64,000 nucleotides of DNA from positions 144,148 through 208,147 of the forward strand of contig NZ_JAGSOJ010000007.1 in assembly GCF_023684385.1 (NCBI RefSeq), written 5' to 3'. Made by a program: the position numbers and the translations under genes. This document shows, in pieces, positions 56,303-64,000 of the stretch (positions are counted from its first letter, which is position 1; each line of letters starts with the position of its first letter). The notes below the pieces were generated by a model that was given only the letters and a program-made list of their open reading frames with translations, was not told the DNA's origin and did not search any database. The stretch is from Oceanirhabdus seepicola (GTDB taxonomy: Bacteria; Bacillota; Clostridia; Clostridiales; Clostridiaceae).

Positions 56303-59062
56303 ATGTTAAAAAAATTTGTTGCTTTTATAACAGCAGCGACACTTCTATTTTCAACGTCAGTTTCGGCAAAAGATGTGAATGAAAATATCAAAAAAGCATT
56401 TATTGATGCTCCAAATGTAGTTGAGAATAAAGACTGGGATGGTGAAACTTTCAAAGCAAAACCTTTAATAGTATTAATGAACTTCAAGGATTACAAATAT
56501 ACGGATTTAGACGAAAAAGAATCTTGGACTATTAATGAAAGAAAGGGTGAAGAATTTACACCGGAACTATATGAGAAAATGTTCTTTGGGGAAAATGTAT
56601 ATACTGCTGCTGATGGGAATGAATATGTTACAGTAAATAAATATTTTTTAGAAGAATCTGGTGGAAGTTATTCCTTTGATGGGGAAATTTTTGGTTGGTA
56701 TGAAGCACAAAATGGATATGAGTTTTATGGGGCTAATACTGACCCATATGGCACTGATCAGCAAAATGCTGCAGAGTTAGTAAAAGAAGCACTTACAGCA
56801 GTTTCAAATGATCATAATATTGATTTATCTGAGTTTGATGTTGAAGATAAATATGATTATGACAGTGATGGAAATTACCTTGAGCCTGATGGAATAATAG
56901 ATTCAATAATTGTTATACATGCAGGTAGAGGTGAGGAGTGGGATAATGCTCTAGGAGAAAATGCTATATGGCCATTTAGACATAAGTTTATTGATTTTGG
57001 TGAGTTTAAATGTTATGAATTTAAAGATCACAATGATAAGGAATGGAAAGCTAATGATTTTGCAGTATTTGAACAAGATTTACCATTAGATTTATTTATT
57101 CATGAATATGGTCATATTTTAGGACTACCAGATTTATATGGTTCAGAGCCACCTGTGGAGTACTGGTCAGTAATGGGTGGAAGTTACACAGGGAAAATTA
57201 GAGGAACAATGCCAAATGGTTATGGAGCGTATTGTAGAAATTACTTGCAAAAAGAGTTTGAATCTAAGGGAATGGAACGTAACTGGGAAAACTTAAAGAC
57301 TATTTCTTTAGAAGAAATAAATGAAAATGGCTTAGATTTTGAGTTGGATCAAGCATCTTTAAGAGGAGAAAATCATAATACTATAAAAATAGAACTTCCT
57401 AAACGGGAGTATGAAAGAGTAAGTCCTTATGAAGGTGAGAATCTGTTCTTTAGTGGAAAAGGAGATTATCTAAACAACAATATGATAGCAGAGGTTGATT
57501 TATCTAATGTAAACAATGCACTGTTAACATTTAAGACATGGTATGATATTGATCCAGAATTTGATTATGCATCTGTTCAGGTTAGAGAAAAAGGAACTGA
57601 AAAATGGAATTCTGTTAAAGGAAACATTACTACAGATGTAAATCCAAATGATGAAACTCCAGATGATCCAACAGATAGAAATCCTGGATTTGGGATAACA
57701 TATGACTCGGGAAATGAGTGGGTAGATGCGGAGTTTGATTTGAGTATGTATTCTGGTAAAACTGTTGAATTTAAATTCAATTGGTGGACAGACACAAATA
57801 CTCCTGAAGAAGGTATTTATATAGACAACATTAAGATTTTATCAGGTGAAGAAGTTATATTTGAAGATAATGCAGAAGAGGAATCTAAATTTGTTTTAAA
57901 TGGTTTCATAAAGTCTAATGGAAAAGAATATGCAACTCACTATTATTTGTTAGAGTGGAGAAATGGAAATAATGGATTAACTGATCAAGGATTAAATTAT
58001 GGATGGAAAGGTATCCAATACGATCCTGGTCTTGTAATATGGTATATAAATGAGAAATGGACAGATGCATACGGAAGACCAGATCAATATACAAAAGGAC
58101 ATCCAGGAGAAGCTTTTGCGGCAGTTGTTGATGCAGATCAATCCCCAGTAGTTTATAAATATGATAGTGGTAAAGGTGGTGCGGATTATTCTAAGTTCCA
58201 AATGCATGATGCTGCATTTAGTTTAAATGAACATTCACAGTTTTTCTTTAGAGGTGATAAATATAAGTATATTAGTGTGGACAATAACACTATAATGAAT
58301 CCAGCTTTTGATGATAGTATGGATTATTCTAATAAAGAAAAAGAATCTCTTGGTGTTAAATTATCTAATTATGGATTAAATATATTTGTTACTGATGAAA
58401 GCAAAGATAGAAGTACGGCTAAAATCCATATTGCTAAAAAAGGTGACAATCAATTAGAAGTTCAAAAAATGGAAGAAGAATATATAAAAGATATTGTAGT
58501 GAAGGGTGATAAAATCTCTGTACAAGCTCATGAAGCTATTGATTCTATGGAAATTGTATATAAACTTTCAGGTGACGAGGATGAACTAACAAATTTAGTT
58601 AATATGAAGAAGGAAGGTAATCGTTTTGAAGGTAACATAGATTTTATTGATGGTTTAAATAATGGAAAATACGAAATCAGTTTCATTCAGATTAAAGATG
58701 GAGAAGGAAATACGAAAGGGATTTATAATTCATCTTTAAATAATGGGTTTGGGGTTGATCTTAGCAATGGAAATATAAGTACATTATTTGGATTTAATGA
58801 TTTAAAAATTGAAGAAAAGAATAACTCATATACTTTTAAAATTGATTCTTATAATCGTACTGCTTATACACAAAAGTTGAGTATAGTTATAGGTAAGGAG
58901 TTTGAAAATGGAGATATAAAATATGATACAAAGTCATTTAATATAAAATCCTTTGGTGAATTTAAAGATAATATTAAAGTAGAAAAGAATGATCAAGTAA
59001 AATCAATTAGAATATTCATTCTTGATAAAGACATGAATATTTTGAAAGATATTAATAGTTAA
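56303..59062 (+). CDS. Secreted M6-family metalloprotease (immune inhibitor A / InhA-like)
   Basis: It has a signal peptide ('..LLFSTSVSAKD'). The HExxH zinc motif 'FIHEYGHILGLPDLYG' is characteristic of the M6 family. The ATG at 56303 follows 'GGGGGAA'. Confidence 0.8.
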   Translation: MLKKFVAFITAATLLFSTSVSAKDVNENIKKAFIDAPNVVENKDWDGETFKAKPLIVLMNFKDYKYTDLDEKESWTINERKGEEFTPELYEKMFFGENVYTAADGNEYVTVNKYFLEESGGSYSFDGEIFGWYEAQNGYEFYGANTDPYGTDQQNAAELVKEALTAVSNDHNIDLSEFDVEDKYDYDSDGNYLEPDGIIDSIIVIHAGRGEEWDNALGENAIWPFRHKFIDFGEFKCYEFKDHNDKEWKANDFAVFEQDLPLDLFIHEYGHILGLPDLYGSEPPVEYWSVMGGSYTGKIRGTMPNGYGAYCRNYLQKEFESKGMERNWENLKTISLEEINENGLDFELDQASLRGENHNTIKIELPKREYERVSPYEGENLFFSGKGDYLNNNMIAEVDLSNVNNALLTFKTWYDIDPEFDYASVQVREKGTEKWNSVKGNITTDVNPNDETPDDPTDRNPGFGITYDSGNEWVDAEFDLSMYSGKTVEFKFNWWTDTNTPEEGIYIDNIKILSGEEVIFEDNAEEESKFVLNGFIKSNGKEYATHYYLLEWRNGNNGLTDQGLNYGWKGIQYDPGLVIWYINEKWTDAYGRPDQYTKGHPGEAFAAVVDADQSPVVYKYDSGKGGADYSKFQMHDAAFSLNEHSQFFFRGDKYKYISVDNNTIMNPAFDDSMDYSNKEKESLGVKLSNYGLNIFVTDESKDRSTAKIHIAKKGDNQLEVQKMEEEYIKDIVVKGDKISVQAHEAIDSMEIVYKLSGDEDELTNLVNMKKEGNRFEGNIDFIDGLNNGKYEISFIQIKDGEGNTKGIYNSSLNNGFGVDLSNGNISTLFGFNDLKIEEKNNSYTFKIDSYNRTAYTQKLSIVIGKEFENGDIKYDTKSFNIKSFGEFKDNIKVEKNDQVKSIRIFILDKDMNILKDINS

Positions 59063-59100
59063 GAGTATCTTAAGTGAAAAAATGAGAATTTAATATAGAA

Positions 59101-59160
59101 TAGAAATCTGATATCTTTTGGGAGATATCAGATTTTTCTTGAAATAATTTTCAAATATAT
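59101..59160 (+). repeat. Intergenic repeat copy D, hairpin module only
   Basis: 'TAGAAATCTGATATC-ttttgggag-ATATCAGATTTTTCTTGAAATAATTTTCAAATATAT' has a perfect 12-bp stem followed by a T-run. The sequence after the hairpin resembles copy C. Confidence 0.75.
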
Positions 59161-59212
59161 ATTAACTTATCTTAGGTAGAGAAAAAATCTTAGAATAAAC
59201 ATATTCAGTTCA

Positions 59213-60007
59213 TTATTTAAGTTGAGATATGATTGAGGGTTGAATTACATTATATTGCTCAAAAGTTTTATTGTTAGCTCGATAAGCGTTTTGAGGACAC
59301 ATATTTAGACATTTTGCACATGCTAGACAATAATCAGAAAACACGATTTTGGAATCTTCAATTTTGATATTTTGATTAGGACACTGCCTGACACACATCT
59401 TACATAGAATGCACTTCTTATTATCAATAGATAAGTATTTGTTAGCAAAATTTGGAATCCAACTCTTACTCAATGCTTTGTACATCGTTTCAAATATAGC
59501 TTGTTTCACCACTGATTTTTTATCAATTTGTGATTGACTATTAAAATAGGCATCCATCATATTTTTGACTTTTTCCATAACGTTACGATGCAGGGCTTCA
59601 ATTTCTGTTTCTGTATTTTTTTCGTGATTCATCATATAGAATCCATTGGGCATTAAGAAGGGTTGTGCGTTGATAACGTTATAGACTAACTTACTTAAGT
59701 GCTTTTTTAAGGTTATGTGACCATAAGCTTCACCCCAACTATGAGTGATATAGGTTATAAAATCCTTGCTTTTATTTTGTTCATCATCAATATACTCATG
59801 GATGAAATCAACAACTTTTTTAGATGCAGCTTTTGAATATGTTGGTGAACCAATAATAAAGAGATCATAACCCCTCAGCTTAATAGTTTGTCTATTGACA
59901 TTAATTAAATCTACCTCATGATTTGTAGAGAGTAAATGCTCTTTAAAAACTTCTCCTACCCTATAGGTATTACCTGTTCCAGAAAAATAAACAATAGCTA
60001 CTTTCAT
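59213..60007 (-). CDS. Flavodoxin-like domain fused to a 2x[4Fe-4S] ferredoxin domain (EFR1-type)
   Basis: The N-terminal 'MKVAIVYFSGTGNT' is a flavodoxin motif. The C-terminal 'CILCKMCVRQCP' and 'CLACAKCLNMCP' are ferredoxin motifs. Confidence 0.8.
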   Translation of the reverse strand: MKVAIVYFSGTGNTYRVGEVFKEHLLSTNHEVDLINVNRQTIKLRGYDLFIIGSPTYSKAASKKVVDFIHEYIDDEQNKSKDFITYITHSWGEAYGHITLKKHLSKLVYNVINAQPFLMPNGFYMMNHEKNTETEIEALHRNVMEKVKNMMDAYFNSQSQIDKKSVVKQAIFETMYKALSKSWIPNFANKYLSIDNKKCILCKMCVRQCPNQNIKIEDSKIVFSDYCLACAKCLNMCPQNAYRANNKTFEQYNVIQPSIISQLK

Positions 60008-60239
60008 TTATATTACCTCCGTATATATACTTTAAATTTCTCCTTATTTAACATATTTCAATATTGGCTAATAGAAAATAAATAGTTCAAGATTGAACTT
60101 ATGGTAATTATAGTCCAAATTTGAACTATCGTCAATAGAATATTTGAAACAAGTTGTAAAAAGAAACTATTGTACTATAATGAGACTTATTTATTTGATA
60201 TAATAGATTGATAAAATGATGATACGGGAGTGACAAATA

Positions 60240-60680
60240 GTGGAAGATTGTTTAATAAGTATGTATTTAGCTACCATTGAAAGAGATTATAATTATTATA
60301 TTAATAAAAAATTAAGACAATATAATTTAGGTAAGCATGATATAAGGGTTTTGAAAGAAATTAATGCCAATAAAGGATTAAGTCAAAATGACATATGTAA
60401 TATTCTTAAAGAAGATAAAATAACAGTTAATAAGTCTGTAAAAAACTTAGTGTCACAAGGATATGTAGAAAAAATTAAAGATAGTGAAGATAAAAGAATA
60501 ACGAGACTATATATTACAGAACAGGGAAAAGTTAATAGAAAAGAAATTTTAAACATTCTAAATCAAGCAAATGATATTTTTGTAAAAGGTTTTTCAGAGG
60601 AAGATAAAGAAAACGTTTTTGAGCTACTAAAAGAAATGTCTGAAAATATACATAAGGAAGCTGTAAGACTAAAAGATTAA
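60240..60680 (+). CDS. MarR-family transcriptional regulator
   Basis: The winged helix is 'LSQNDICNILKEDKITVNKSVKNLVSQGYVEKIKDSEDKRITRLYITEQGK'. The start is either GTG at 60240 or ATG at 60261. Confidence 0.75.
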   Translation: MEDCLISMYLATIERDYNYYINKKLRQYNLGKHDIRVLKEINANKGLSQNDICNILKEDKITVNKSVKNLVSQGYVEKIKDSEDKRITRLYITEQGKVNRKEILNILNQANDIFVKGFSEEDKENVFELLKEMSENIHKEAVRLKD

Positions 60681-60865
60681 AAATAAAGAGGAGTTTTACC
60701 AACGGTAGACATCGTTAAAATTATTAAATAGGAATGTACTTTCATAAAGAAAGACATTGCTATTTTTATAACAATAAAGTTGCAAAGTGAAACTAATTAT
60801 GATAATATAAAGTTGCAAAATGAAACTAATTCAAATGTATTGTTTTTTATAAGTGGGGTGAAATA

Positions 60866-62074
60866 ATGGAAAATATAAAATATGAAGTAATGAAGAAAAT
60901 CATGAATAAGAAAATGAAAAATCTTAAATATGATGATTTGGTAAAGGAATGGAATAAAGAAAAAAGACAGATGATTAAAGAAACTTCAGACCATAGAATA
61001 TATAGATGGGATCCTGAAGGTATGTACAAGATTTTAGAAAATACAGGTAAGGTTATTACAGATACTAACCCGTATGTGAATTTGGTTGACATTGAAGAAT
61101 TTGATCTTGTTATAGAAAATGAACCTTATCCAGTTGCTCCTCCGCCTATGAACAAAGTCAAAGGCAAAAAGAGTAAAGGTGCTAGTTTTTTTGGAGTGAT
61201 GCACAAAGAGATAACTGGAGATGCAATGTACTATATGAAGGATCAAATGATTTCCATGGAAAGAATCAATAAAGAAGCACAAGGTATTAATATTCCTGAA
61301 CCTAATAAAGAAAAAGAAAAAGATTTAATAAAGTTAAAAAAAGAAATCTTCGAATATGCAAAGAGTTTAGGCTTTGCAAGTATGGGTGTAACAAAGGTAG
61401 ATAGAAGGTATGTATCAATGGGCGTTGATGATGAGATTATATTTGATAACATAATTCTTCTTGGATATGAAATGCCTAAAGAAGTTTTAGATAATTACCC
61501 GAAGCCTAAAGGAGAATTAGGAGCTTTTGGAGCATATACAGGTTGCGCACGAAATGTACATAAAGTAGCTGATTTTATTAGATCAAAGGGACATGATTGT
61601 AGATCAAGAGATTGGGGTGGTGGTATTAAATATTCACCACATGCAGTAAATGCTGGATTAGGTAATTATTCAACTTATGGAGTGTGTGTAACTCCTGAAG
61701 CAGGAACAAGGTTAAAATACTGTTCCATTTTAATAGATGCGGATCTACCATTGGATAAACCGAAAGATTTCAACATTGAGGAATTCTGTTCAAGATGTAG
61801 AATGTGTCAAAAATCATGTCCATCCAACTCAATACCAAAAGAAGAGAAGCAATATAAAGGGGCAGTAAAACGTCAAACACGTTTTTCAGGCTGTCTGGAA
61901 TTAATGACAACATCAAGAGAATGTTTAAAATGTGTAAGAGTCTGTCCTTTTAGTATGATTGGATATGAACAGTGCATGGAATCATTACCTCAATACTATA
62001 TGTACAATTTACAAATAGATGAACTTGATAAAGAATTTTTATTATCTAAAAAAGAAGGTGAGTATATTGAATAA
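60866..62074 (+). CDS. Iron-sulfur protein with two C-terminal 4Fe-4S motifs (reductive dehalogenase / epoxyqueuosine-reductase-like fold)
   Basis: The Cys motifs are 'CSRCRMCQKSCP' and 'CLKCVRVCPF'. The RBS is 'GGGGTGAAAT'. Confidence 0.55.
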   Translation: MENIKYEVMKKIMNKKMKNLKYDDLVKEWNKEKRQMIKETSDHRIYRWDPEGMYKILENTGKVITDTNPYVNLVDIEEFDLVIENEPYPVAPPPMNKVKGKKSKGASFFGVMHKEITGDAMYYMKDQMISMERINKEAQGINIPEPNKEKEKDLIKLKKEIFEYAKSLGFASMGVTKVDRRYVSMGVDDEIIFDNIILLGYEMPKEVLDNYPKPKGELGAFGAYTGCARNVHKVADFIRSKGHDCRSRDWGGGIKYSPHAVNAGLGNYSTYGVCVTPEAGTRLKYCSILIDADLPLDKPKDFNIEEFCSRCRMCQKSCPSNSIPKEEKQYKGAVKRQTRFSGCLELMTTSRECLKCVRVCPFSMIGYEQCMESLPQYYMYNLQIDELDKEFLLSKKEGEYIE

Positions 62075-62075
62075 A

Positions 62076-64000
62076 ATGATTAACATACTTGGAGATGTTA
62101 ATGAAAAAGGTAAATTTGAAATTCCTTCTAATAAAACAATTAAAGAGATTTTAAAAGAATATGCAGGTGGAATGAAAAACTGGAGAAAAGTTAAATTAGT
62201 TCAAATTGGAGGACCTTTAGGATTATGTGTTAGAGGAAAAGAGTTAAACAACAAGTTAAGTGATTATGAAAAATATATGAGTGGAAATATGATTATATTT
62301 TTAAGTGATCTTTTATGTCCAGTAGATTATTTAAGATATTTAACTAGATTTATGGTTAGAGAACTTCATATTGATAATGAGCATATTAGAAAATTAAATC
62401 AAATAGTAGAAAATATTGCTCAAGGTAAAGCAAAAGAAGGTGATTTTCAAGAATTAATTAACGAAGTAAATAAAGATTCTCAAACTAACGCAGAAAATAA
62501 TCTTCATAAAATATTTAGGTATATAATGTCTGAATTTAAGAATGAATTTATGGAGCATATAATAGATAAAAAATGTGAAAATGGTATATGTAGAACATTG
62601 ATGGTTACTCAGTGTATGAATGCATGTCCTGCAGAAGTGTATATTCCAGGATATATTGAACTTATGAAGCATGATAAAGTAGAAGAAGCTTATAGTTTAA
62701 TGAGAAAAAGTAATCCACTTTCATTTGTATGTGGTAAAGTGTGTGCACGTCCATGTGAAGCAAGATGTAGAAGAGGAGAAATTGAAAGTACAGTAGGAGT
62801 TAGAGCATTAAAGAGATATGCCTCTGATGTAACCCTTAATACATCAGATTTTAAAGAAGATAAATTAGTTAGTAAGGGTAAAAGAATAGCAATTATTGGA
62901 TCGGGACCAGCAGGACTGACAGCTGCATATTATCTAGCAAGAACAGGATATGAAGTAGTTATTTATGAGGCAGCTAAAGTTGTTGGTGGAATGCTTGCTA
63001 TGGGAATCCCAGAGTATAGATTGCCTCAAGAAACTATAGACAAAGAGGTTAAATTAATTGAAGATTTAGGAGTAAAGATTATAACAAATACAAGAGTTGG
63101 ACTGGATATTCCTCTTAAAGAATTAAGAGAAAAATTTGATTCAGTACTTTTAGCAACAGGATGCCACATAGGTAATAAATTTGGTCCTGCTGTTAAAGAA
63201 ATAGAAACAGCAGTGGATTTATTAAGAGAAGTAAAAGTACAAGGAAGAAAAGAAATTGGAGAAAATGTATTAGTAATCGGTGGTGGAGATGTTGCCATGG
63301 ATGCTGCAAGAACTTCTATTAGATTAGGAGCTAAAAAGATAATAGCAGCTTCACTTGAAACATTTGAGACAATGCCAGCAAGTGATGAAGAAAAACATGA
63401 AGCAGTAGAAGAAGGAGTTCAATTTATCAGTGGATATGGAACAAAGGATATACATACAGAAAATGGGAAATTAAAAGGGATAACTTTAAAAAAATGTTTA
63501 TCAGTTTTTGATGATGAAGGAAGATTTAGTCCGGTATATAATGAAGAAGATGAGAAATCATTTGAAATAGATGGTTTGATATTAGCCGTGGGACAGAGAC
63601 CGGATAACAGCTATTTAGATGAAGATATTGAACTTAGTGAAAGAGGATGGATAAAAGTAAATCAATATACATTTGAAACAAATGTAGAAGGAGTATTTGC
63701 AGCAGGAGATATATACAAACCAGGTATAGCTATAAAAGCTATAGTGGAAGGTAAAAAAGCAGCATTATCTATAGATAAATACTTAGGTGGCAATGGATTA
63801 TACTTAGGTGAAGAAATAGAAATACCTGAAAAACCATTAAATTGTACCATTTGGGATATTGAAAAAGTTGAGGAAAAACATGAAAATCCTTTAGAAAGAA
63901 AAGTAAACTTTGATATAGTATCTAGAGTATATACAAAAGATGAAGCAAAGCAGGAAGCTTCAAGATGTATGAGATGTGATAGGAATTCGAGAAAACCATT
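62076..64000 (+). CDS. NAD(P)H-dependent oxidoreductase (glutamate synthase small-subunit/GltD-SudA-like) with an N-terminal NuoF-like SLBB domain, 3'-truncated by the window end
   Basis: The ORF is open to the window end. The dinucleotide-binding motifs are 'RIAIIGSGPAGLTAAYYLA' and 'VLVIGGGDVAMDAA'. The Cys clusters are 'CMNACPAEV' and 'CGKVCARPCEARC'. The N-terminal 'VQIGGPLGLC' is NuoF-like. Confidence 0.7.
   Translation, partial: MINILGDVNEKGKFEIPSNKTIKEILKEYAGGMKNWRKVKLVQIGGPLGLCVRGKELNNKLSDYEKYMSGNMIIFLSDLLCPVDYLRYLTRFMVRELHIDNEHIRKLNQIVENIAQGKAKEGDFQELINEVNKDSQTNAENNLHKIFRYIMSEFKNEFMEHIIDKKCENGICRTLMVTQCMNACPAEVYIPGYIELMKHDKVEEAYSLMRKSNPLSFVCGKVCARPCEARCRRGEIESTVGVRALKRYASDVTLNTSDFKEDKLVSKGKRIAIIGSGPAGLTAAYYLARTGYEVVIYEAAKVVGGMLAMGIPEYRLPQETIDKEVKLIEDLGVKIITNTRVGLDIPLKELREKFDSVLLATGCHIGNKFGPAVKEIETAVDLLREVKVQGRKEIGENVLVIGGGDVAMDAARTSIRLGAKKIIAASLETFETMPASDEEKHEAVEEGVQFISGYGTKDIHTENGKLKGITLKKCLSVFDDEGRFSPVYNEEDEKSFEIDGLILAVGQRPDNSYLDEDIELSERGWIKVNQYTFETNVEGVFAAGDIYKPGIAIKAIVEGKKAALSIDKYLGGNGLYLGEEIEIPEKPLNCTIWDIEKVEEKHENPLERKVNFDIVSRVYTKDEAKQEASRCMRCDRNSRKP

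Noticed and set aside
1-64000. A search for CRISPR arrays, cas genes, tRNA/rRNA genes, integrases and transposases
   Set aside because: No regularly spaced direct repeats were found, and no tRNA-like T-loop or acceptor structures. No recognisable recombinase or transposase motifs were found in any ORF. The island therefore cannot be called an integrative mobile element from this window.

Overview
This is a low-GC (about 30%) Firmicutes window that looks Clostridium-like, with anaerobe hallmarks (radical-SAM, glycyl-radical and ferredoxin genes). It has an ordinary metabolic and transport backbone that flanks a roughly 15 kb accessory island at about 15.1-30.4 kb, full of pseudogene scars.

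Backbone genes, in order:
- A probable RiPP cassette at the left edge: a radical-SAM/SPASM maturase, an unannotated 44-aa peptide ORF, an MFS exporter and an M55 D-aminopeptidase.
- A PyrK-like Fe-S flavoprotein paired with a TrmFO/GidA-like FAD enzyme.
- An atypical Opp-like ABC system (6.8-15.1 kb) with a 774-aa binding lipoprotein, an N-terminally extended permease and coiled-coil insertions in both ATPases.
- A YqiJ-like NfeD protein, a flotillin-like SPFH protein and a 1645-aa AAA+ protein, followed by a GC-rich structured intergenic region.
- A BMP-family lipoprotein, a methyl-accepting chemotaxis protein and an XRE-cupin regulator.
- A glycyl-radical enzyme, its activase and a P5C reductase, which together look like a trans-4-hydroxy-L-proline dehydratase (HypD) cluster.
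- A canonical oppBCDFA operon, an InhA-like M6 metalloprotease, a flavodoxin-ferredoxin fusion, a MarR regulator and Fe-S / GltD-like oxidoreductases running off the right edge.

The island holds two candidate systems:
- The most interesting is a minimal class III nucleotidyl cyclase located about 1.3 kb upstream of an 871-aa protein. That protein has a divergent DHH-like N-terminus and a CorA-like C-terminal two-helix pore whose GMN motif is replaced. A degraded second copy of the same cyclase-then-DHH/CorA arrangement lies about 5 kb further on, which suggests a cyclic-nucleotide signalling module (Pycsar/CBASS-like, with a CorA-type effector resembling the type III CRISPR CorA-NrN proteins).
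- Alongside it are a DUF4145-NDT-like fusion protein and a tight three-gene operon of a 919-aa DUF4145-N-terminal protein, a divergent SPFH/band-7 protein and a TM + SH3b protein.

The island also carries a frameshifted endolysin-like gene, pfkB-family and Rgg-like regulator remnants, an XRE regulator, and a duplicated 3' fragment of the TrmFO-like gene.

A roughly 120-nt intergenic repeat (terminator-like hairpin plus a conserved AT-rich module) recurs four times. No rRNA, tRNA, CRISPR array, integrase or transposase was seen.
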